Both the position numbers and the translations under genes were made by a program. 62,274 nt of DNA. It comes from Minisyncoccota bacterium (GTDB taxonomy: Bacteria > Patescibacteriota > Minisyncoccia > Minisyncoccales > RBG-13-42-11). Below, piece after piece: positions 53,735-61,510 of this stretch (position 1 is its first letter; every line of letters begins with the position of its first letter). The stretch spans positions 1 through 62,274 of the forward strand of contig JAQTPY010000002.1 in NCBI GenBank assembly GCA_028712445.1. Direction: 5' to 3'. Under the pieces are notes generated by a model. That model was not told the origin of the DNA. It made no database searches and saw only the letters and a list, made by a program, of their open reading frames with translations.

Positions 53735-54418
53735 TTAAGAGTTCACGATTTGCCCGTCCCGGATTTTAACAATCTTATCTGCAAATTTCGCCACCTCAGG
53801 ATCATGAGTGACTACAATGACAGTTTTCTTCTGATTTTTGTGGAAATCAGAAAGAATCTCCATTATTTTCCTGCCATTAACAGAATCGAGATTCCCTGTC
53901 GGTTCATCGGCAATCACCACTTCAGGATCATTGGCAAAAGCTCTGGCAATGGCTACTCTTTGGCGCTCCCCTCCGGAAAGCTCTGTCGGCTGGTGATATA
54001 TCCTGTTTTCCAAGCCAACCCTTGCTAAAAGCTCCTTTGCTTTTTCTAAACGTTTTTCCAGTGGCACTTTTTGGAAAACCATGGGCAGCATGACATTCTC
54101 AAGAGAATTCAAATGATTCAACAAATTAAATTCTTGAAAAATGAATCCTATCATTTTTCCTCTGAACTGAGAAAGCTGGCTTTCCGATAAAGTCAGGATG
54201 TTCTTTTCCTGGAGAAAAACCTTCCCCCGTGTAGGAAAATCCAAACAGCCCACCATATTCAGCAGGGTGGACTTTCCGGATCCCGAGGACCCCATTATCA
54301 CCAAAAATACTCCCCTTTCAATTATTAGACTCAAGCCCCTAAGAGCCGATACCTCGGTTTTGCCCAGACTATAGATTTTCCAAACATCTTCTAATTTAAT
54401 AACCGGTTCTACGTTCAT
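53735..54418 (-). CDS. ABC transporter ATP-binding protein (MacB/LolD-like)
   Basis: GSSGSGKS, LSGGERQR, ADEPTGNLD. Confidence 0.95.
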   Translation of the reverse strand: MNVEPVIKLEDVWKIYSLGKTEVSALRGLSLIIERGVFLVIMGSSGSGKSTLLNMVGCLDFPTRGKVFLQEKNILTLSESQLSQFRGKMIGFIFQEFNLLNHLNSLENVMLPMVFQKVPLEKRLEKAKELLARVGLENRIYHQPTELSGGERQRVAIARAFANDPEVVIADEPTGNLDSVNGRKIMEILSDFHKNQKKTVIVVTHDPEVAKFADKIVKIRDGQIVNS

Positions 54419-54420
54419 GA

Positions 54421-56052
54421 TTATCGCAATATTATCTTTTCCCCCTCGCTTAAACCAAAAATCACTTCAACCATATCGTCACTGCCCCTAATTCCCTCTT
54501 CTATTTCTCTCTCTGTTCCGCTTCCATTCTGAAAAACTTCAACAAATGCCTTACCCCCTGCCTTTCTTATTGCGTCTTCAGGAACAACCAGCACATTTTC
54601 TTTCAAATTGGTTAAAATGGTGAGATCGGCGCTCATGCCGGGCTTTATACCTTCGGGCGGTTCTTCGAAAGCTATTTTGGCACTATAATAAACAATTCCT
54701 TCAACTAATTTTTCGCCAGGATCAATAGAAATAACTTTCCCCTCAAACGTTCTTCCAGGGAAAGCCACCAAAGATATGTCCACCGTATTTCCAATGCTTA
54801 TTTTTATAATATCCTCTTCATAAATATCCACTTCTATTGCGTAGGGTTCGGCAGGAATTAATACGAAAACTGCTTCCTGCAAAGCTGCCTGCGCCATTTC
54901 TCCTGCCCTTTTCCCAACATCGGCAATCTGTCCGTCAATCGGGCTGTAAAGCTTGGATTTTCTCATTTTATTCTCTAAAGCCCTGACCTCTGCTTCAGCC
55001 TGACTTATCTGCGCTTGATTCAAATCGATATCTTCCTGACGAGGCGGAGCTATCAAAAGATTCAATTCGTCTTGCGCTTTAATATGGGCCCCTTCGGCAA
55101 CGGCGACCGCGGCCTTAGCCGTGTTGACACTAGAAGTGTTGCTTAATTTTGAAGAAGAGATATCTTGCTGAGAATCAGTAATGTCGGTAATTGCAACAGA
55201 TATGTTTGATCTATGCGTATCTAAAGAAGTTTTATCTGCAGAAGAAACTATGTTCCGATAATAATCTGTTTCGCAATTTTCTCTTATTTTTTTTAAGTTT
55301 TCAGAGATGTCAGACAAATCAGTTTTTGTTTGCGATAAATTTTCGTCAATTTTTTCGAACAGATCGTCTTCTTTTGCTTCGTCCAAGTAGGTTTTAATTT
55401 CTAAAACCAATCTGTCTATTTCGCTTTTAGCTTGTTTTACCTTTAATCCTTCAATATCATTTCCTCCAAAATAAGCTCTTTGAATCAAACCCACAGCCGC
55501 CTGAACATTATAGGACTTGAGGTAAGCATTACTAAGAACGTTCAAAGAATCTTCGTAAGATGATTTTAAATCTTCGTCTGCCTGGATTTCAGCATCAGCA
55601 AGATCGATCTTGGCATTATCTAGATTGATCTTGGCGTTAGCGACAGCAGTTTGAGACACCTTTTTTTCCGCCTCTGTGGCGCCCGCCAGAAGTTTGGAGA
55701 ATTTTGCCTCAGCTACAATCAGCGAGGATTTAGCATTGGTCAATTGAATTTTTAACTCTTCTGCGTCAAGTTCCGCCAAAAGATTTCCTTTTTTAACCGT
55801 ATCTCCCACTTGAACATAAATTTTTTCAATTTTCCCGGATTCTTCGAATCCCAGCTTTATTTTCTCTCCCCTATTTACTTTCCCGGTTTCAAAAATCTCC
55901 TCCTTGATGGTCCCAAGCTCTACCTTAAAGGAATTGCTGCCATTCTTATCGTTTTTGAAAAATGATTGAGAAATGACCATTGACAAAACAAAAATCGCGG
56001 CAAAGACTGTAATCACCTTCCATTTGGTTAAATTATTCAATAATTTTTTCAT
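54421..56052 (-). CDS. MacA/HlyD-like adaptor subunit with a long alpha-hairpin
   Basis: GKIEKIYVQVGDTVKKG, LYSPIDG, IKPGMSA, VLVVPEDAI. Confidence 0.9.
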   Translation of the reverse strand: MKKLLNNLTKWKVITVFAAIFVLSMVISQSFFKNDKNGSNSFKVELGTIKEEIFETGKVNRGEKIKLGFEESGKIEKIYVQVGDTVKKGNLLAELDAEELKIQLTNAKSSLIVAEAKFSKLLAGATEAEKKVSQTAVANAKINLDNAKIDLADAEIQADEDLKSSYEDSLNVLSNAYLKSYNVQAAVGLIQRAYFGGNDIEGLKVKQAKSEIDRLVLEIKTYLDEAKEDDLFEKIDENLSQTKTDLSDISENLKKIRENCETDYYRNIVSSADKTSLDTHRSNISVAITDITDSQQDISSSKLSNTSSVNTAKAAVAVAEGAHIKAQDELNLLIAPPRQEDIDLNQAQISQAEAEVRALENKMRKSKLYSPIDGQIADVGKRAGEMAQAALQEAVFVLIPAEPYAIEVDIYEEDIIKISIGNTVDISLVAFPGRTFEGKVISIDPGEKLVEGIVYYSAKIAFEEPPEGIKPGMSADLTILTNLKENVLVVPEDAIRKAGGKAFVEVFQNGSGTEREIEEGIRGSDDMVEVIFGLSEGEKIILR

Positions 56053-56389
56053 GCCTTTTTATGATGTTATGCCAATCTCTGTAGCAGTAGATTCCCTGGA
56101 AAAGGGCTCCCCCTAAGATCCCCGAGGTAAACTGAACCGAAAAAAGAGGTGAAATATTATAAGCTACGACCAAGGGGAGGAAGGCCAAAGATAAAATCCA
56201 ATGGTGAAGGTGCACCTTGTATTTCCCTATCTTGAAAACGTTGAATTTTATCTTTCCAGGAACGCCTGTTTCCTTTCCTGAAAAGAAATCTGCGAGAAAA
56301 TATCCAAAAATCACGCCAAGATAAACCTCTACTGAGAACATTGCTATCGGCAAGCCCCAAAAAATTTTATTTTTTCCTGGCTTTCTCAT
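56033..56389 (-). CDS. Hypothetical membrane protein
   Basis: Hydrophobic; HLHHW motif. Confidence 0.7.
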   Translation of the reverse strand: MRKPGKNKIFWGLPIAMFSVEVYLGVIFGYFLADFFSGKETGVPGKIKFNVFKIGKYKVHLHHWILSLAFLPLVVAYNISPLFSVQFTSGILGGALFQGIYCYRDWHNIIKRHEKIIE

Positions 56390-56399
56390 GGTTTTACTG

Positions 56400-56470
56400 C
56401 GGGGGTTGAGGGAATTGAACCCCCATCAAAGGTTTTGGAGACCTTTGTTCTGCCGTTGAACCAAACCCCC
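56400..56470 (-). tRNA. tRNA-Trp(CCA), CCA end not encoded
   Basis: GGGGGTT/AACCCCC acceptor; AAGGT-CTCCAAA-ACCTT. Confidence 0.93.
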
Positions 56471-56475
56471 TGGAT

Positions 56476-56649
56476 TTATTTTTTGGCTTCTTTATGAAGC
56501 GTGTGTTTTCTATCCCACTTGCAGAATTTCTTCAACTCCAACTTGCGGACAGTTGGATCTGTCGGCTTGCCGGACTTTTTGGTAAAATAATTCACCCTCT
56601 TGCATTCCTGACATTGAAGTTTGACCGCTGGTTTCTTTTTAACTGCCAT
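56476..56649 (-). CDS. rpmG: 50S ribosomal protein L33, absent from the ORF track
   Basis: MAVKKKPAVKLQCQECKRVNYFTKK..LELKKFCKWDRKHTLHKEAKK*. Confidence 0.96.
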   Translation of the reverse strand: MAVKKKPAVKLQCQECKRVNYFTKKSGKPTDPTVRKLELKKFCKWDRKHTLHKEAKK

Positions 56650-56674
56650 ATTTGTAGTACCTAATTAATAATTC

Positions 56675-56750
56675 TGGAGCCTGAAAGCAGATTTGCACTG
56701 CTGACCTCGTCTTTACCAAAGACGTGCTCTGCTACCTGAGCTATTCAGGC
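56675..56750 (-). tRNA. tRNA-Thr(GGT), CCA encoded
   Basis: GCCTGAA/TTCAGGC acceptor; CGTCT-TTGGTAA-AGACG; T loop TGCAAAT. Confidence 0.92.
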
Positions 56751-56757
56751 AAAACGG

Positions 56758-56840
56758 TGGGTAGGGAGGGATTCGAACCCCCGTAGCCCGAAGGCGTCAG
56801 ATTTACAGTCTGAAGCAATTGACCGCTCTGCCACCTACCC
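56758..56840 (-). tRNA. tRNA-Tyr(GTA), followed by CCG rather than CCA
   Basis: GGGTAGG/CCTACCC acceptor; TCAGA-CTGTAAA-TCTGA; long variable arm. Confidence 0.95.
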
Positions 56841-56853
56841 GCAGATAATATCT

Positions 56854-56878
56854 TTCGGTTAAACCTGGTTTAACCGAA
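56854..56878. repeat. Perfect 12-bp palindrome
   Basis: TTCGGTTAAACC-T-GGTTTAACCGAA. Confidence 0.6.
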
Positions 56879-56924
56879 TATTGGAGCCTAATCCTTAAAT
56901 CCTGTTCTCGGAACTAGAAATATT

Positions 56925-57656
56925 CTAGCAAATTTTATCGTTTTTGCCAACTTCTTTTCCGTATTTTGCCCTCCAATCTCCGATCTTTTTGTGATTGCCT
57001 GATAAAAGCACCTTGGGAACCTGCCAATAAATTTTCTTTTTTCCGGTTCCCGCCTTCGCTGAAGCTTCGGCGGGCACAGTAAAAACCTCAGGTCGCGTAT
57101 ATTGGGGGTATTCCAAAAATCCTTTATCTTTGGTTATCCTCTCTTTAAGAAATTCGGGTTTTCCTATGGCTTGAGGAATAAGCCGGGTGACGCTCTCTGT
57201 CACCACCATTGCCGGCAGTTCCCCGCCCATCAGATCGTAATCTCCTATCGACAGTTCAACATCTGCAATATGTTTTGCCACTCTTTCATCCACCCCCTCA
57301 TATCTGCCGCAAATCATAATAATTTGATCCAGCTTTGAAAGCTGATAAGCAAATTTCTGATTGAATTTCCTTCCTCTTGGAGTAAACAGAATTACTTTGG
57401 TTTTAAGTTTACGGCTTAAGGTTTTCAATTTTATCTTTCTAATTGCCCGATAAATGGGCTCTACCATATAAACCATTCCCAATCCCCCGCCAAAAGGCCT
57501 GTCATCCACACTTCTGTGTTTGTTCTTTGTAAAATCCCTTAAGTTATGGATTTTGATTCCGATCAGTTTTTTTTCTTGGGATTTTTTAATAAAAGATTCT
57601 TTCAAATAAGAATCAAAAATCTCAGGAAAGATTGTAATAATATCAAATTTAATCAT
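56925..57656 (-). CDS. trmD: tRNA (guanine-N1)-methyltransferase
   Basis: VDDRPFGGG, ICGRYEGVDERV, SIGDYDLMGGE, LEYPQYTRP, LLSGNH. Confidence 0.98.
   Translation of the reverse strand: MIKFDIITIFPEIFDSYLKESFIKKSQEKKLIGIKIHNLRDFTKNKHRSVDDRPFGGGLGMVYMVEPIYRAIRKIKLKTLSRKLKTKVILFTPRGRKFNQKFAYQLSKLDQIIMICGRYEGVDERVAKHIADVELSIGDYDLMGGELPAMVVTESVTRLIPQAIGKPEFLKERITKDKGFLEYPQYTRPEVFTVPAEASAKAGTGKKKIYWQVPKVLLSGNHKKIGDWRAKYGKEVGKNDKIC
57049..57074. repeat. Palindromic element inserted in frame in trmD (PAEASAKAG)
   Basis: CCCGCC-ttcgctgaagcttc-GGCGGG. Confidence 0.65.
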
Positions 57657-57686
57657 GATAAAACTATTTTAACACGTAAATTGGAA

Positions 57687-57719
57687 CGAAAACAGTCCCT
57701 TGAACCGGAACTGTTTTCG
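57687..57719 (-). terminator. 10-bp hairpin, probable terminator of the small transcription unit
   Basis: CGAAAACAGT-13nt-ACTGTTTTCG. Confidence 0.6.
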
Positions 57720-57840
57720 CATTAATGGTAGCTCTTTCTTATCAGAATCTCTTAAGTCCGCGATTACAATCTCGAACTTGAGAGATCGGGTAATTCACAA
57801 AAGCTTGAACCCTTATGTGAATTACCCTTTCGGAGGCCCC

Positions 57841-57918
57841 CTATTTGGCATCTTTTTTATATTCAATTGCTTCCATGAGGCTCTTGAACACGATGCCCTT
57901 GTATACAATGTACGCCAT
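57841..57918 (-). CDS. Candidate 25-aa small protein, absent from the ORF track
   Basis: MAYIVYKGIVFKSLMEAIEYKKDAK*; SD AAGGAGG; dedicated promoter. Confidence 0.55.
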   Translation of the reverse strand: MAYIVYKGIVFKSLMEAIEYKKDAK

Positions 57919-57952
57919 CTCTCCCTCCTTTTATTGTTTGTATTGTACTAAT

Positions 57953-57981
57953 AGTATAGCATATTACTTTGAATTTGTCAA
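57953..57981 (-). promoter_or_regulatory. Near-consensus sigma70 promoter with extended -10
   Basis: TTGACA-17nt-TATACT with TGn. Confidence 0.8.
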
Positions 57982-58016
57982 GTATTTATTCTTCATCAAA
58001 TAAAAAGGCGGCCTGA

Positions 58017-60404
58017 TTATGAGTCAGACCGCTTTGGTCTTTTAAAGAGCTTTTTTACTCCCAGGGTGGCCAAGAGTAAAATGGTAAATGTTTGAAATCC
58101 GATTATCCACGGTTCAATTCCCTGCGGAGAATCGTCTCCTTTAGCAGGGACCGCGGGAGGTTTTACCGCGATCGTTGTTGGCGGAGGACGCATGGTCTGG
58201 ATGAAAATACGATTTGGCGACGGGACTGGCTTGGGCGAAACAAGGGGCGATGAAGCAACAGAGGGCTCGAGAGAATCAGCAGGAGTAGGAGTTGGAGCAG
58301 GAGTGACAGTCAAAGGAGCGACAGCAACCGGAACCGGCAAGACAAAGGGATCGTGGACGAGAAAAGATATCCTTTCTGAATTCCACAGCACAACCAAGCT
58401 TACTTTACCGTCAACCGCAACTTCAAATCCGTCCCAATCGCTGTCTTTCAATCCTTCTACCGGGTTTAGCTTCTTTGTCTCAAACAAAGCCCAATAGATG
58501 TCTCTGCCTAAAGAAGCATAGACGCCTCGATGGAAAATGGATATGTGGTCGGGTTTCCAGGGAAACTCAAGAATCTTCTCCCACTCGCCGCCAACCCTGA
58601 GGCAATAGAGCTCCGCTCCGAGAATCCTATAGATGAGGTCGTCTGAAGAATAAACAAACTGCCAATCTTCCAAAGGGTAAGCAAACTCTTTAGGTAAGGA
58701 CGGGAGAATAGTGAAGGTTTTGCCGTCAAACAGAGCAATCCTTTCGGCTTCGCCCTGTTCATCCCCTCCTATTACCAGTAATTTTCCTTGAGGGCCATTT
58801 TCAAACTTTTCCACCCAGGAGAATCCTGAAGTAAGAACAGGGCCGGAAGGAAAACCGTAGTCATTCAATTGATAGATGCCATCCTCCCTTATCCCCCAGA
58901 GCTGTCCATTAAGAAAAGATGTGTCCCTGAAAGCATTAGCGGTTTCGTTCCATTTGAGCCCTCCGTTGCGCGTAATCAGTAAAGAATTATTATATCTTTT
59001 CACAAGGATTAGGCCCGGCTGCAACGCCTCCACTCTCACCTTTTCGATTCCCTCTGGACAGTAAAGAATCCTTTCTGCGCCTGCAAGAACAGATCCGTCC
59101 TTCAGTTTAACCTTCAAAATACTCTCTCTGTTGCGGACGTACAGGGTTTGATCCTTGGCAAAATCGGGCGAAGGGAATACTTCCTCTAGATAAAGAGAAT
59201 CGTCCAATAAGGATATCGGAATAACAAACTCTCCCTCAGTCCTCCCAAAGAAACTGCCTTCACCGGAAACGCCAATGAAAGTCATTCCTGAGGAAGAAGT
59301 TACCTGGCATTTTCGAATACCCGGAAGCCGGACCTGACTTAAAGACCAATCGTTCTTGGAATTGAGATTCAATACGGCTGGCCCTTGATCGCGCGTCACG
59401 CCTACCGACAGACTCGCATTCTTATGATCGTAGTCCATGCTGTCGAACATTAAGTTGTCTTTTCCGCCAGGAACAGATATCTTTCTTCCTTTGGCAGGAG
59501 AATAATCACCACTATCAAGATCGATAAGGAAAACGCTGTCTCCCGCCCCTTGCTGGGTATTGTAGAAAGCAAAGACTCTCAGTCCCTTGGAATCATACTT
59601 AATTTGGGCTGACAGGATTTCACTGCTTTTAGGCGGGGTTCCCGGGTTTTCAGCCAACTCCACAGGCCAGCGTGAATACCAATTCCACAAAGACGATTCA
59701 CTGCCGGAGTTTAGCATACCCATATTAAGGAACAATCCTTCACTCCTGGAACCGGAACCGTCCGGATCACCTGAAGCCAAAAATAGAACTGATTTCTCGG
59801 GTCCGAAAACCACTGCTAATACATCTGCGGAATAACCCTTCTGGAAGAACGATTGCCTCATTCCTTGAGGACGCCATTCGTCTTTGCCGGAAAATCCCCA
59901 AGCATATATCCCGTCTTCGGGATATTTCTCGCCCGGATTCCAAACCCCGACGACAATAGCATAAGAGGAAGAGCTTCCTGAAATATCAAAAGAAGTTATC
60001 TCCTCTCCCCTTTCCTTCATCCCCGCAGGCACTCCCAAGTTCAAAAATATTTGGCCGCTATTGCGAAAAATACATACCTCCCCCGAAGTGGCCAATCCCA
60101 AGAGAGTCTGGTCTGATGGCGACGCTTTCAGAGAAAGCGGCTTTCCCGTCAAAACCAGCTTTTTGGAAAATTCTTTCCACGTCAGGCCAGCGTCACGCGA
60201 GACGTATAAAAATCGTTCGCCATTAATGTTGACCAGACTATAGAGGGTCCCGTCATTTGCTGAAGAGACCAGCTCCACATCGGAGCCAGGAAGTATTATA
60301 TTCCCCTCCTTGAGAGAAATATATGGAATCCCTGCCAAGGCAGGCACGGGGAAAACCCCTAGCGCCAATAAACCCAGCAGAAAGCCTGTAATTATCTTTT
60401 TCAT
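58017..60404 (-). CDS. Large secreted beta-propeller/BNR-repeat surface protein with Pro-rich stalk and C-terminal TM anchor
   Basis: Signal peptide; VSRDAGLTWK and ITRNGGLKW Asp-box motifs; PAPTPTP linker; TM + KKLFKRPKR. Confidence 0.8.
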   Translation of the reverse strand: MKKIITGFLLGLLALGVFPVPALAGIPYISLKEGNIILPGSDVELVSSANDGTLYSLVNINGERFLYVSRDAGLTWKEFSKKLVLTGKPLSLKASPSDQTLLGLATSGEVCIFRNSGQIFLNLGVPAGMKERGEEITSFDISGSSSSYAIVVGVWNPGEKYPEDGIYAWGFSGKDEWRPQGMRQSFFQKGYSADVLAVVFGPEKSVLFLASGDPDGSGSRSEGLFLNMGMLNSGSESSLWNWYSRWPVELAENPGTPPKSSEILSAQIKYDSKGLRVFAFYNTQQGAGDSVFLIDLDSGDYSPAKGRKISVPGGKDNLMFDSMDYDHKNASLSVGVTRDQGPAVLNLNSKNDWSLSQVRLPGIRKCQVTSSSGMTFIGVSGEGSFFGRTEGEFVIPISLLDDSLYLEEVFPSPDFAKDQTLYVRNRESILKVKLKDGSVLAGAERILYCPEGIEKVRVEALQPGLILVKRYNNSLLITRNGGLKWNETANAFRDTSFLNGQLWGIREDGIYQLNDYGFPSGPVLTSGFSWVEKFENGPQGKLLVIGGDEQGEAERIALFDGKTFTILPSLPKEFAYPLEDWQFVYSSDDLIYRILGAELYCLRVGGEWEKILEFPWKPDHISIFHRGVYASLGRDIYWALFETKKLNPVEGLKDSDWDGFEVAVDGKVSLVVLWNSERISFLVHDPFVLPVPVAVAPLTVTPAPTPTPADSLEPSVASSPLVSPKPVPSPNRIFIQTMRPPPTTIAVKPPAVPAKGDDSPQGIEPWIIGFQTFTILLLATLGVKKLFKRPKRSDS

Positions 60405-60502
60405 TTATTCACTCCTATCGTTATTTTCCTTATATCAATACCGCATTTTGCGATAATTATCTCCACCGATATTCAGTTTACAATGGACATTTTAAATATA
60501 AT

Positions 60503-60531
60503 ATTTTACTAATAATTTATTGATTTGTCAA
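60503..60531 (-). promoter_or_regulatory. sigma70 promoter
   Basis: TTGACA-17nt-TAAAAT. Confidence 0.7.
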
Positions 60532-60547
60532 TGATTACAGAATTAAT

Positions 60548-60571
60548 AAAAAGGCAGCGCTTTCGCACTGC
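60548..60571 (-). terminator. Intrinsic terminator
   Basis: GCAGTGC-GAAA-GCGCTGC-CTTTTT. Confidence 0.7.
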
Positions 60572-60595
60572 ATTGGAATTATCTTGGTGTTGCTT

Positions 60596-60766
60596 CTACT
60601 TTTTCAAAAAATGATTTTCCTCCGGCTTATTGATATCCAGTATAATCTCTGACCGGCATCTCCTTCTGAAATCCATGGAAAGAGGATATGTCAGCTGGAG
60701 ATCTTCCGGGGTTCCGGGAGTAATTTTCAGCTTTTTACGTTCAGCTTCCAGAAGCTTGCTGCTCAC
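60596..60766 (-). CDS. Candidate 56-aa protein, absent from the ORF track
   Basis: GTG start after GAGGAGG; MSSKLLEAERKKLKITPGTPEDLQLTYPLSMDFRRRCRSEIILDINKPEENHFLKK*; terminator follows. Confidence 0.5.
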   Translation of the reverse strand: MSSKLLEAERKKLKITPGTPEDLQLTYPLSMDFRRRCRSEIILDINKPEENHFLKK

Positions 60767-60834
60767 ATTTCCCTCCTCATGTTTTTAAATTGAATCTGAA
60801 TTGATTATACCATAAATTTTATTTTCTGCAAACG

Positions 60835-60860
60835 AAAATCCCGCTTTGCAGCGGGACTTT
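60835..60860 (-). terminator. khpA terminator
   Basis: TCCCGC-TGCAAA-GCGGGA-TTTT. Confidence 0.75.
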
Positions 60861-60873
60861 CTTTAAACTTCGA

Positions 60874-61200
60874 TTAGATTCTGAGATCTTCAAGACCTTC
60901 AGTTTCAGCAGCTACGCTCCTTGGTTTGGGAGGCAATCTGCCGCCTTCTGGTTCTTCGATCTTCAGGTTCACTCTAGCGTGATTCTTTAGACCGACAATT
61001 CTCACCAAATTTCTTATTGCTCTAGCAGTAGTTCCTGCTCTTCCGATAATCTGTCCCATATCTTCGGGATTTACCTTCAGAGTGAGCAAAACTCCCATTT
61101 CATCCACCTTTCTGCCAATTTCGACATCATCGGGATGATCAACTAGAGCTTTGACAATGTATTCTAGCAATTCCTGGTCTAATGTTTTCTTTTCAGCCAT
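60874..61200 (-). CDS. khpA: KH-domain RNA-binding protein KhpA
   Basis: LEYIVKALVDHPDDV, VNPEDMGQIIGRAGTTARAIR. Confidence 0.92.
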   Translation of the reverse strand: MAEKKTLDQELLEYIVKALVDHPDDVEIGRKVDEMGVLLTLKVNPEDMGQIIGRAGTTARAIRNLVRIVGLKNHARVNLKIEEPEGGRLPPKPRSVAAETEGLEDLRI

Positions 61201-61337
61201 AGCGTTCAGAAGTAACTTTACTGGTAATTTATCATACTAGTAGCCCAACCTTTAAATCTGCTACTACATAAACGTTTCGCTACAATTTAAACGTAAATCT
61301 TTTTCCCATTTTTGTCAAAAATAACTGCGCGCTAATG

Positions 61338-61433
61338 GATCGGATTTAGAGTCGCTCTCGCAAGGCGGTTACCCTTCCCCGAAGGGAAGGATGGGGGAGA
61401 GATCCGCTTACGAGAGCGATTCTAAACCCGATC
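61338..61433 (-). ncRNA. Candidate 96-nt structured RNA or composite palindrome
   Basis: Stem of about 30 bp with two G-U pairs on the minus strand, an internal loop and a CCUUCCC-UUCG-GGGAAGG cap. Confidence 0.4.
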
Positions 61434-61510
61434 TTCACTTCTTAATCTATAAATAATTACGGACTAAGAAGTGAGGGAGAGCATAGAGGAGCTCTCCCAG
61501 TTTGAGACAT

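Noticed and set aside
57741-57843. TAG read-through (pyrrolysine-like) extending the 25-aa ORF by about 33 codons
   Set aside because: No pyl genes in view and TAG ends many genes normally; an open stretch this short is expected by chance
57700-57951. 83-aa plus-strand ORF
   Set aside because: No SD or promoter; antisense to a unit with a clear promoter, SD and terminator
61338-61433. SRP RNA (ffs) or 6S RNA
   Set aside because: No AGG..GGAA..AGCAG S-domain, and too short with no symmetric central bubble for a confident 6S call
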